From NCBI GenBank assembly GCA_047967505.1, contig CM106538.1: a stretch of 64,000 nucleotides of DNA. One strand, written 5' to 3'. This document shows, one piece after another, positions 40,401 to 52,723 of this stretch. The notes below the pieces were generated by a model that saw only the letters and a program-made list of their open reading frames with translations, did no database searches and was not told where the DNA came from. How positions within the stretch are numbered: the stretch's first letter is position 1; each line of letters opens with the position of its first letter. The translations under genes and the position numbers were made by a program. Source of the stretch: Dipteris shenzhenensis. Lineage: Eukaryota.

Positions 40401-42910
40401 CATCCACCAATAGAAGCAGCTTTGGTTGTCCAAACATCTGAATGGATCACTTCTAAAGGTCTTCTACTCACCTTAGCATTTTTGGAAAATGCATGTCTGG
40501 CCTGCTTACCCATTTGGCATGCTTCACATACCTTTTGCATTCCCTCAACTCTGAATTTAGGCAAACTTGCAACAATGTTTTTCGTTTGCATAGAGTTCAG
40601 CCTTTGTATATTCACGTGCCCAATGCGCTTGTGCCATATCTCAATATCTGCAATGACACCTCTCCCATGCGCAAACATAGCAGCTTTCACCTCAGGCATA
40701 TCAACATCCAAGGTGAACATTCTGCCATTTTTGTTGCCTTTCGCAACCAAGCGGCACTTATTTTTCAAGTCCTCAACAAAGCATCCATCAGGATTAAATC
40801 TAACCTGCAGACCTTGCTCAACCATCTGGCCTACTGAAGCCAGGTTCTTAGTGATTTTTGGAACATGAAGTACATCTGCCAAGTACTTCATTTTGCCATC
40901 CTGCATAGCCAATGGCACTTTACCAACCTGCGTAATTGGGTGCGCAGTATCATCACCTGTTTCAACATAACCTGGCTTATCCAAATTTCTAACATCATGA
41001 AACCACTCACCATGACTGGTCATGTGGTTAGAGGCACCTGAATCAACATACCAAACATCATTGCAAGCTGCAGCATCTCCTGACATGGAGTTAACCATAT
41101 GCTGCATCACAAAAAGGTGCTCATTTCTGTCGTCACCATGCCCACTTGATGATGCATAGTTGCTTTGCTGCAACTTCCCACTTTTGATGTCATTCTGCTT
41201 TTTATAGCATGTATTCTCCTTGTGTCCAGGCTTTCCACAATAATAGCATTCTGTGCTGCTATTTACTTGCTGGTTCCTTTGCCATGAACCACGGCCTCTT
41301 TGGCTCCCCCTGCCTCTAGAACTACCATGTCCTCCTCCATAGGACTGGTTTTCCTGTTGTTGCTGTTGGTTCTGATTTCCTGCATGGCCACCAAAACGGC
41401 CTCTTCCTCTACCTCTGCCTCTACCTGTATTCGAGTAGAAAGCAGTCTCTTGAGAAGTTGAGGTGGCTGAACCACCATTCCTTTGCTCTTCACTCAGCAA
41501 GAGAGCAATAAGTTCCTGAAAATCAGGAAATGTTTCACGGACTCCAATGGATGTCCGAAACTGTGCATAATCTTTCCCAAGACCATTCAAGGTCACAGAC
41601 ACTAAGTCCTCATCATCAACAGGTGCTCCAATGGAGGCAAGAGAATCTGCAAGGCCCTTCACCTTCAAGGAATACTCATTTATATTCAGATTTTTCCTTT
41701 GCACATTGTGCAACTCCTGCTTCAGCTGCATCTTTCGTGCTTTGGTATTTGTGCTATACAGCTTCACCAACGTATCCCATGCCTCCTTAGGCGTCTCTAG
41801 ATCCTGTATATGCACAATCATAGAATCTGAAATGCTAACAGACAGCCAATACAGGCATTTTCTGGCTTTTTCATGCCATTCTTTAAAGGCCTTCAATTCA
41901 GCAGGAGTAGGAGCAGCACCCAAAACTGGTTCTGCAGTTTCACCACTGATGTACTCCCAAACTCCCTTTCCCATAAGGAAGTTTGTCATCCTGAACTTCC
42001 ATGCTTGGAAGTTGTTCTTGTCAAGCTTCTCACTGACAATGGTAGACAGATTCTCAGACATTTTACAAATCATGAATTGCAACAGCAACTTGTAAACACA
42101 GCAAATGCCTCACAAGGGCAAATAGCAAAACTTCTGCGAAAAGCCTCACAGGGGCAGATCTCCAACACTAACGAAAGTGGTATTTCACCACACAGTCACT
42201 TCCTAGTGACGATTTTGCATCAACAGGCAACAAGCATGAATCTGCAACTCCCAATATCTCTGACACAGGCATACGATGCAATTTCTATGGCACCTTTCCA
42301 CCGACTAGTCGCGCGGTGGTCGCACAGCAAAAACAGGGCCTTTTTCTGAGTGCCTGCGAAGAACTTCCACCTTCAAAACGGGCCCCGAAACGGCCTCAAA
42401 TCAAAAAAATAAAATCAAGCATATACTGCGCTCTCGCCACACTGCGAAGGGCCTCTCAATCTGAAACAGTGCACTCCTGCACTTCTGGCTGTGCTACCTG
42501 CAGAGATTTGCTCCCAAACTCGAAATAGGAAAGCTACACTGGTCCTCTTACCAGGACACCACAAACTTGGCTTGCTTTCTTGAGCTCCTTACCACGAACA
42601 AGGCTCTGATACCATGTAAAGAATAAGGGAGAGAGATAGGAGACTCAAGTTCAGCTTTCTTCACAACACACAAAAGAGAGAGGACACAAGGTTGGAGGGT
42701 GAAGCCTTTCTTCACTTTTGCACAACAACAATACAATAGAAGAGGGAAATACCCTATATGTCAAAGCCTAGAATACGTGGTTCATATGTGAACCCAAACC
42801 AAAAACATACGTGGTAGTCTAACTACACCACGAGTACAACTAACATAGGCAATGACATAAATGATAGTCATCCAGGAGATATATCAGGGGTAGAGCTTGA
42901 TATCTCAACA
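37454..42910 (-). mobile_element. Full-length, young Ty1/copia LTR retrotransposon (copia-4), related to copia-2 and copia-5
   Basis: 296-bp LTRs at 37454-37749 and 42615-42910, with 4 differences counted by eye. Perfect TSD ATGGT (37449-37453 / 42911-42915). PBS GCTCTGATACCA at 42603-42614 and PPT at 37750-37760. Confidence 0.98.
37707..42088 (-). CDS. Copia-4 Gag-Pol polyprotein with a single frameshift in RT (~38720-38750)
   Basis: 1123-aa ORF (gag, CYYCGKPGHKENTC, WYVDSGASNHM, IN HSDVW/RSDGGGEY, RT N-half) continues in another frame as the 387-aa ORF (YVDDL, RNase H). Confidence 0.93.
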
Positions 42911-43009
42911 ATGGTTGCATAGAGACCAAGGATAAGGGGCTGAAAAAAGACAAGGAAAAGTGGTAGGAAGGGCAAACTGGTTGGCTCTACTGACCTGAGA
43001 GAGAAGAGA

Positions 43010-43146
<137 letters not shown>

Positions 43147-43882
43147 TGAGGAAACTAAGGGGAAGTGAAGTGGATATGTTTTCCCTTAAAAGAATGAATT
43201 GAAAAGAACAAGATCAACAAATTCCTCTTGAAGAAGAGAATACCAAATTTGAGCCAATTGGAATGTTCCACACACATCACACCAAAATTGTAAGAGGGTT
43301 AAAATCTTGTCCTCTCACAATTGAGCATTTCAAGAACATATTCTATGTAGCATGAAATTCCATCCATCTATGAAACAAAGTTGCATTATGCAAAGAATCT
43401 GCTACCAAAGGAAGGATGATGACCGGTAGGGCAAAGTAACACCATAAAATTATAGATATAGATGGTGGCATGAACTCAGGATGAAGTAGACAAAAGAGAT
43501 CCTTCTTATGCACAAGGAGGTGGAGTACATCTAGAAGGCCACGATGAGATAAACAAAGCATCACGGTTTCATGGGGAGGATGAGGAAGAGAAGAGTTAGA
43601 ATAACTAGGAAGAAGTAGATGGAGGCAAAGGACTCTTTATATTAATCAAAGCACTATGTCTATGTACAAGGATAGAACTAAAGAATGAGGAGAATCACAA
43701 AATGGAGAGGTGTCGCGAGTGGAGAGCCTTCCTCTCTTCACATCAAACATTAGTCCTCATTTTATATGCCAAGGTCAATCAATTAATTAAAATGCTCTAC
43801 CACCCCATTCCCACTCATATATTAAAATATTCCTAGAGGTAGGTTGGCACAAGATTCCTGGGCCACCTCAATCTCTCTACAC

Positions 43883-44290
43883 CTTATATTGCCAAACCAT
43901 TGATCACCTTTTGCATAGCTTAGTTAATGTTTCCATGGATCCACTTATGTGGTAGGATGGCCCATGGAGACTCCTTTACACGTCATCAACCTTTTCCTTA
44001 TTATTCTATATGGACCACACTTGCATAAACAAATACCAAATATGCACAACATTATATAGCCTCCTTCTACCTTATGATAACTCACATCTTATATTGCCAA
44101 ACCAATTACCTTTTGCATAGCTGAGTTAATGTTTCCATGGGTCCACTTATGTGGCAGGTTGGCCCATGGAGACTTCTTTACACATCATCCACCTTTTCCA
44201 TATTTATTCTTTATGGACCACATTTGCTTTAAAAGACACCAAATATGCACAATATTACACATCCTCCTTTGACGTTATGATACCTCACAT
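43883..44290. repeat. Tandem duplication, ~205-bp unit, 2 copies
   Basis: CTTATATTGCCAAACCA...GTTAATGTTTCCATGG.TCCACTTATGTGG...CCAAATATGCACAA occurs at ~43883 and ~44088. Confidence 0.88.
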
Positions 44291-44615
44291 TAACGTCCTC
44301 TTGAAGTAATACAATACACACTAGAACACATGCAATTTTAACCCTTATGATAATATCTATGACAAGGGAAGATGCAAGACGGTATATCCAAATTGAAGTT
44401 CTAATTTACCCCCCAAAATTGAGGTACTAAATCTCTTTGTCCCTCCTTGAAAAGGATAGCTACAAACTTTTAATATCAGTAAATTCCTTGTGGGAAGAGG
44501 AAATTAACTCATATGTGCTTTTAAGAACTATTTTGTTTGAGTAGTATAGGAGAATAAGGATGGCCTTCTAATAAGCCATAAAGTGGCACATGTTGTGATA
44601 GATTAAGACTCATTA

Positions 44616-45887
44616 CCATATTTTATTATGACTATTTTTCATTGAGCCATAGAGTGTCATATGTTACAACCACCACTGTATAACCACGTCACATAGAAAA
44701 AAAGCAAACAAAATTGTGGCCATCATGACCTTGTAGAGGCATGTATTTTAGTCATGAGGCTTTAAAACTAAAAGAAAACATCAAGAATAGTTTCCTCATA
44801 TTCAAGCCATCACATTGTAAGAAAGAGTTCATGAGACTTTAAATGTAAAGGACACATTAAGAATAGTTTCCCTCATATTCAAGCCATCAAATCGTTAGAA
44901 AGAAGAATGCAACGTAGAATTTTTATGGCCTAATGTTTTCTCCACCTTAGAAAATAGTCATAATTTCATATAGGTTCGTATCATGATTCTACAAATGATG
45001 GTCATACGTATGGGCCCAATCGACAACTAGAACAGTATATAGGAAAGTCCTTCATGACCAATATAACTCTATGGAAAGATAAATATCATAACTTAAGTAT
45101 GGTAGTCCTAAGACTTTAGGGCATTATGAGTACTATGGATCAATGGAAAGACACCCTAACAATAGGAAAGAATAGGAAAGAGGAACACTATAGCATGGTA
45201 GTGCTAAGACTTTGGGTTATTATGGTATGGTATGGTAGTCCTAAGACTTTAAGACCACTATAGTATAGTAGAAAATAATAGTATGGTAGCTCGAAGACTT
45301 TAGGTTCTTATGACTACTATGGATCAATGGAAAGCCACCCTAATGATAGGAAAGATGAACACTATAGATAGAAAGGCAAATAGTGTAGATAGAAAAAGTT
45401 TCAAATGACATCTCTTAGAGAGACCTTTGACTTGGAATAAGAGTTGTTGGCAATGATCCCACAAGTACATTATGCCATGGCAGACGCAAATTTCCATTGG
45501 ATGGCCTAAACTCCTCACTTAAAAAGCTTCAACATATTTTAACACTCAAGCTATACTTGTTGGTTGAACTTTGGCAACCTCTTCTTAAACAACCTCTCAT
45601 CTTTTTCCTTTACATACAACACAAATACCACCCCTCTATGCAAATTTGTAGGAGCCTTGCAACATGTATTGCTATGTTTTTGGAAGGAATAGTAGCCAAT
45701 TGATTCCTTCATGGAAGCATTTTAAGGCTTCCCTAGTGAAGTTGGAGGGTTTGATACAAAATAGACATATAATCCAAAAAGTTGATGCTTGGGTTTAGGT
45801 ATGTTAGGTTGACCTAGTTTATGCTTATCCATGTGTTTGTACAAAATACGATGGCAAACGAAGACACATGCATATAAAAGCCAATCA
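44616..45887 (+). repeat. Long inverted repeat, left copy
   Basis: 44616-45079 matches the reverse complement of ~63538-64000, and ~45527-45887 matches that of 63107-~63466. The same 68-aa peptide string (LKLYLLVELWQPLLKQPLIFF) appears in ORFs 45497(+) and 63291(-). The intervening segments differ. Confidence 0.93.
45096..45345. repeat. Short degenerate tandem array (AGTATGGTAGTCCTAAGACTTT core) present only in the left inverted-repeat copy
   Basis: About 4 imperfect copies at ~45097, 45192, 45230 and 45281. Confidence 0.75.
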
Positions 45888-46343
45888 ACACACTATTCAA
45901 AATTTTTGGACTTTCTCTCTTGGTTTGGACTTTTTTTTGGAGCATATTCTCTCCACTCAACTTCACCTAGTGAGCTAAAAAATTGGGTTTTTTAGAGCAC
46001 TAAATGGGTCACTTATGTACAAATATGGCCTTATTAAGCTAAAAAGTCAAGTGGTGACCTCTAATTTTAAAAAAAATGGGTCAGTGAAGCTATAATTCCC
46101 AAACTCATGCATGGTGGCCCCATCCAATAACTATAATAATAATAATAGTAGTCTCCTAACTCAAGTTCAATTTTAACACTATGAAGTGAAAATATGACAC
46201 CATATGAAAAGAGTTTGTTGAATTCAACATATAAGTGGTGTATAGATACACCCTTTTTTTGAAAAACAAACCATACAATAAATTATCTTATTGGTGGTGT
46301 ATAGATACACCATTTGTATGGAAAAAGCATACAAAACATTATC

Positions 46344-48300
46344 TTATGCATTTGAATCTCGTTCACAGTCATCAGATTCATGTAATGTATTTACACTTGA
46401 TGGGTCAAGTCTTGCCAAATGATATTTAATATGGACACGACTTGGATCAGGGATTGTGATACATTTTTCAACATTGTATCCATGCTTCTTTTTAAAACTT
46501 CGTGTCCTCGATTTCCAGTAATGAATAATGCTACTGACTTCCACCTCTGTTAATCCCTCATTATTTAGAACCCATTCACGTTTCTTTTGCAAGCATCCCT
46601 CATAGAGTTGTTTTATTGTATATCTTCTCGGGAGATTTTTCAATGGCTTTGATTCATACCATAAAGCTGTAAATGTTATAGGAGTTCCCTTGTCATCCCT
46701 TTCTATCTTAGCAACCTTTGCAACCCAAATTGGGCCACCTTGGTCATCCAACTCTGAACGTGGATCAGATGCCCAAACTGCAACAAATAGACCCTCTTCA
46801 ATCTCATTAGATGGTATAAACTCTGGTAAGGGTTTGTCTCCCTTCCTGCCACAATATTTTCGAGGTAAAAGGAATTCCTCTGCTTCCTCCATATCTACTA
46901 ACATATTTATATCCAAAGGAAAACTTGATGACCTAGCTTGTTTCAGCCAAAAGGATTCACAGTATTCAATGCTCATTAAGTTTTCTTGTCTTTCTAAAGA
47001 TTGGATAAGTGCTTCAGCTAATTTAATTGTCTCCAAATTCTTAGTTGATTGCTCAAGATATTTCTGCATCATACTTTGAAGATGTTTAATGAAGGCTTTC
47101 AAGCCTTTCATTTCATCTATGTTAAGTGATTTGTTTTTTGCAAGGACAAATCTAGTTTCCTCCAATGGAATTATTCGTTGTAATAAAGCATATGACTTAC
47201 TCCATAAATGATCTCCATCTACTGAGTAGTGCTTCCATTGCATCACTGGAATATTGTTATGCATGTGAAACTAAAAATAGTGTGGATTTATGTGTCCTAT
47301 TAGGGCATCATCTCCTGTTTGTAAATGTGGCTCTATGAATGCTCTCCAATCTACCATCCTCTCTAAGATAGCCACTTCTGATTCTTCTTTGCGAGAACCT
47401 CCAATTTTTTTCCCAATTCGAAATAGCATATCCTTCATTGTCAAAACATCCATTGCCTTCAACTCACCAGAGATAACACTGAAGATTTGATCTATGTCTT
47501 CATGTGTATGGCTGACAAGAAGAAATCCAACTTCCACTTCTTCAAATATTTTCAAACCAACCAGCATAGAGCATAAAGCAAATATATATTTATTCTTGTT
47601 CTCTCTCCAACAATTATCAGCTTGTATTCGCAATGTGTTAGGCAAACATCCGTGAGCATCTCTAACCTTTCTTATTGCTTTCATGATTGATGTAACAACC
47701 TGGTTACTATCATGGTCATGCAAACTATCAATCCATACATCACAAAATATTCGGTATCCATGTACTAATACTCCACACAAGTGTGTTTTTAGTCCATGTT
47801 TGCCCTCCAATGCAGGTGGGATACGTCTATATCGTGGCAAAGTGGTTGTATTCTAGTCCATGCCATCAATAGTAATGCAGATGGACTTATCGACATGTGA
47901 AATAGCTTCCTCTCTCCAAGAAGCATACAACTTTCGAGCATCCTGCACATGATGTAAATGGATTGATCGCCATTTAATATATCTTCCTCCCTGCTGCTCA
48001 CATTTACTATGTTCAATGGCATTTTTTAATTCATCACATGTCTTACATTTTGACATCCTTTGCTTTGATGGTGTCTTGACATGGCGAAAATCTCTACGCC
48101 AAATTTTGTACAAGGTTGATCGTGAAATCATGCTCTCATCTCTGTCTTGTAAAGTTTTATTCACAGTTTCTAGGACGACCTTCTTTGTCATTCCCAAAGG
48201 AAGATGTTGTTGGCATTTGACACGTCCATCTAGCATTGTTTGTTGAAGATGAGGCTGCGGTAATGCATGGTCTTCGAGAACTTGCTTTAATGTTGTCAAG
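46344..48300 (-). pseudogene. Sola1-like DDD transposase, 5'-truncated, with two in-frame stops (47853-47855 and 47271-47273)
   Basis: Three ORFs share one frame and give SKCKTC, HLHHV, ITIDGMD, IQADNCWRENKN and FLLVSHTHEDIDQIFS, followed by a C-terminal domain (GLFVAVW...PIWVAKV...LWYE). Assignment from remembered motifs. Confidence 0.7.
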
Positions 48301-51300
48301 TACGCCAAAGGATGCATGGGATACTTTGGCAAAAATGTACAGCACAAATACGCAAGCCAAGAAAATGCAGCTCAAGCAGGAGTTGCACAATGTGTAGAGA
48401 GAAAATATGAGCATCAATGACTACCACATGAAGGTGAAGAAAATTGCAGATGCACTTGCTTCCATTGGGTCGCCAATGGAAGATGATGATTTAGTTTCTG
48501 TGACCTTGAATGGTCTAGGAAAGGATTATGCATAGTTCCAGACATCCATTGCCGTCTGTGAAAAATTTCCTGATTTTGAGGAGTTGTTTGCTCTTCTAAT
48601 TTCTGAAGAGCAGAGAAATGGTGGTGCATCTTCTTCAGGAGGAACTTCAAAAGAAACGGTCTTCTACTTAAATGTTGGAAGAGGTAGAGGTAGAGGTAGA
48701 GCAGGCCGATCTGGAGGCCATGATAGAAATCAGAATATGCAGCAAACTCAACAAAACCAGTCCTATGGAGGAGGACATGGTAACTCTAGAGGCAGGGGGA
48801 GCCAAAGAGGTCATGGTGGATGGCAAAGAGGCCAAAATGCAAATAGCAATGTTGAATGCTACTACTGTGGTAAAATGGGTCATATGGCTAAAGACTGCTA
48901 TAAAAAGTAGAATGACATCATGAATGGAAAATTGCAGTAAGGGAATTATGCATCTTCTAGTAGACAGGGTGATGACAAAAATGAGCATCTGTTTATGGTG
49001 CAGCACATGACCAATTCTGTGACAAGTGTAGAAGAAAGCAATGATGTGTGGTATGTTGACTCAGGTGCATCAAACCACATGATAGGTCATGCAGAATGGA
49101 TGCAGGATGCAAGGCAAATGGAAAGACCAAGATTTGTGGAGACTGGTGATGATACTGCACATCCTATTGTGCAGATTGGTAAAATTCTTTTGTCTATGCA
49201 AGATGGGAAAAATAAATACATGTCTGATGTATTTCATGTCCCGAATATCACCAAGAACCTGGTTTCTGTTGGTCAAATGGTTGAGCAGGGCTTGCAGGTC
49301 AGATTTAATCCTCATGGATGCTTTGTTGAGGATATGAAAAATAACGGTCGTTTGATAGCAAAAGGAAAGAAGAAGGGCAGGATGTTTACATTGGATGCGG
49401 ACATGCTTGAATTGAGTGCAGCAATGTTTGCACATGGGACCGGTGTAGTTGTAGAAATTGATATCTAGCATAAACACATTAGTCATGTTAATGTAAAATG
49501 ACTTAAATCAATGCATGCCCAAAATATTGTTGCAGGATTGCCTAAATTCAAGGTTGCAGAAATGCATAAGGTATGTGAAGCCTGTTAATTTGGAAAACAG
49601 GCAAGGAAACCATTTCCTAGACATGTTCAAGAGAGTAAGAAGCCATTGGAATTAATCCACTTTGATGTGTGGACTACTAAAGCTGCATCTATTGGAGGCT
49701 GTCATTATTTTGTCACTTTTATTGATGACTACAGCAGAAAAGTTTGGGTGTATTTTATGAAAAGGAAAAGTGAAGTTTTTGGGCATTTCAAAGCTTTTAA
49801 AGCTATGGTTGAAAAAGAAACAGGCCTGCAAATAAAATGCCTAAGGTCAGATGGAGGGGGAGAGTACCTCTCAAATGAGTTTGCAAGGTTTTTGCAGGAG
49901 CATGGCATAAAGCAGCAATATTCATGTAGTAATACCCCACAACAAAATGGACTTGTAGAAAGGAAAAACAGGCATATTGGAGAGGTATCTCTGGCCATGC
50001 TAAATGAAAAAGACCTACCAGATTATTATTGGGCTGAAGCAGTTGCTACAGCAGTTTACATAATGAACAGGACTCCCACTGTAGCAATACATGGCATGAT
50101 GCCAGAGGAGATGTATACTGGTAGGAAGCCAAATATTTCTCATTTGAAAATTTTTGGTTGCATTGCCTATGTTCATGTGCCAGATGAGTTGAGGTCCAAG
50201 TTGTGGATCCAAAAGTTGAGAAGTGCATCTTTATTGGTTATTCTCTGCAGTAGAAAGGGTATAGATGCTATAATCCTTCTACTCGTAAGTTTATAGTGAG
50301 CAGAGATGTTGTTTTTGATGAGATGACCAGCTGGTATAAACCAGTAAATGTGATTGATGATGTAGATGCACAAAATGGTAATGCTGCACAGAATTCACAG
50401 CAGCAATCACAAAATATTAGTGGACTTGGAGTGTCCTCTAGCAGTGGTTCACATACTTTGCCATGGACAGGCAAATTGAGATCAGGAGAATCTCCTCAAA
50501 GCAATGCAGATAGTGGTATGCAGGTATCACAAAAAGGAAAAGAGAAGGTAGATCAGCCCATGTTTGATGTCAATGTAGGTCACTCTTATGTGGATGGTGA
50601 ATCCAGTGGCTCAGAACAGAGCATTGATGATGAGTTGGGTATTCTTTTTGTTGTTACACCTAGAGTAAGGAAGACCAAGGATGTTTTGAGAGCACCTGGA
50701 AGTGAGCCTATTTTGCACAAGTCTACCAGAGCTAGGTATCCTGTGGATAGTTTGAAATATGATGGATTTACAGCCATTCACTATGCCTATATGGTCAAAG
50801 TGATACAGGAACCAGAACCCACTTCTTTTGAGCAAGCCATGGGAAAAGAAAAATGGGAGAAAGCCATGGATGAAGAAATGGATGCCTTGGAAGCAAATGC
50901 TACATGGGAATTGGTGCCTTTGCCTAAAGACAAGAATGCAATTGGCTGTAAGTGGGTTTATAAGGTGATACACAATGCAGATGGTTCTGTGAACAGATAC
51001 AAGGCAAGATTAGTTGTCAAGGGGTATGCATAGACATATGGCATTGATTATGAAGAAACATTCAGTTCGGTTGCAAGGATGGCAACTGTAAGAGCAGTCA
51101 TTGCTATGGCTGCATCAAAGGGATGGTCTTTACATCAGATGGATGTAACAAATGCCTTCTTGCATGGTGATTTGCAAGAAGAGGTCTTTATGGAGCAGCC
51201 ACCAAGTTATGTTCATGCTATTCATCCTGAGTTTGTTTGCAGGTTGAAGAAAGCCTTGTATGGCATGAAGCAAGCACCTAGAGCATGGTTTGACAAGATA

Positions 51301-52723
51301 GGACAGTATCTTGTCACTATTGGCTTTCAAATTTCCAAGGCAGATTTCTCACTTTATGTGAGAAAAACAGAGAAAGGTATTATGTTGCCTGTCATTTATG
51401 TTGATGATTTGATCATTACAGGTGATAGCGATGAAGATATCCTTCATGTGAATATGCTATTGAAGCAGAAGTTTGAGATGAAGGATTTGGGAGAGCTGCA
51501 TTATTTCTTGGGCCTTGAGGTGATTAGATCACCAAGTGGGATACGGCTCTTGCAGAGGCAGTATGGATTGGACATGTTATCCAAATATGGGATGACAGGC
51601 TGTAAGCCTATTTCAGTTCCTTTGGAGCAGAATGTGAAGCTGAGCGTAGATGCAGGTGAGCTTCTGGAAGACCCTACTATGTACAGGCGCATAGTAGGAA
51701 GTTTGATTTATATGACTATTACCAAGCCAGATTTGAGCTATGCTATTGGATTGGTAAGTCAATTTATGCAGGCTCCAAGGAAAGTGCATTTGGATGCGGC
51801 TAGATGCATACTCAGGTATGTGAAGTCCAGATTGCAATATGGACTATTTTATGAGACTGGGGTTCAGATACAGTTGCATGGATACACTGATGCTAATTTG
51901 GCTGGTAGTATTTCTGATAGACGATCTACTAGTGGATATGTGTTCTCTTTTGGGAGTGCTGCAATCACTTGGAGTAGCAAGAAACAGCCTACAGTTGCCT
52001 TGTCGAGCACATAGGCTGAGTACAGGGGTGCAGCAATGGTTGCATGTGAGGTAGCTTGGTTGCATAAGCTACTTTATGATATGCATCAGTCTATAGATGG
52101 GCCAGTTGTCATTTATTGTGACAACATGAGTAGTATACACTTGGCAAATAACCCAGTCTATCATGCTAGAACAAAGCACATTGAGGTGCATTATCACTAT
52201 GTGCAGGAGAAGGTTTTACTAGGTCTTATTGATCTAGTTTATGTCAGCACAGAGGATCAAGTAGCTGACATATTCACGAAGGCATTGGGCACAGAGAAGC
52301 TGCACAAGTTTAGAGACCTGCTTGGTGTACAGGAATTGGGATTGAGCTCGAGGGGGAGTGTTGAGATATCAAGCTCCACTCGTGATATGCCAGGGTGACC
52401 GTTGTGCATTTATGTCATCGACTTGTTAACTGCAGATGCGGTTGGTACACCGCCCATGAATAATAGCGGTTGGTACACCGCCCATGGATGACAGTTATCC
52501 TTATGTACTCTAGTTCGTGGCTCAGTTAATATGCCACCTGAGTTAGCTGAGTTTGGTTTGAGACCCACATATAGGGTTCTTCTATTTCTTTGTACTAGAG
52601 TTCTTTTGGATTTCACAATTAAGAAGAGGAAAACTGTTTTTAGCCTCCATCTTTGTGTGTATTCCCCCATTGTGTATGTGAGAAAGTTGCAAGTGAGACT
52701 CCTTCTCTCCCACTATCTTCACA
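48301..52723 (+). mobile_element. 5'-truncated degenerate Ty1/copia element (copia-5, same family as copia-2)
   Basis: Starts abruptly inside gag (TPKDAWDTLAKMYST), then PR, IN, RT and RNase H fragments. PPT GAGGGGGAG and complete 3' LTR 52359-52723 (TGTTGAGATATC...CTTCACA). Confidence 0.95.

Noticed and set aside
45497-45703. Duplicated small gene (68-aa ORF also at 63291-63545)
   Set aside because: The N-termini differ and no domain is recognisable. It simply reflects the inverted repeat.
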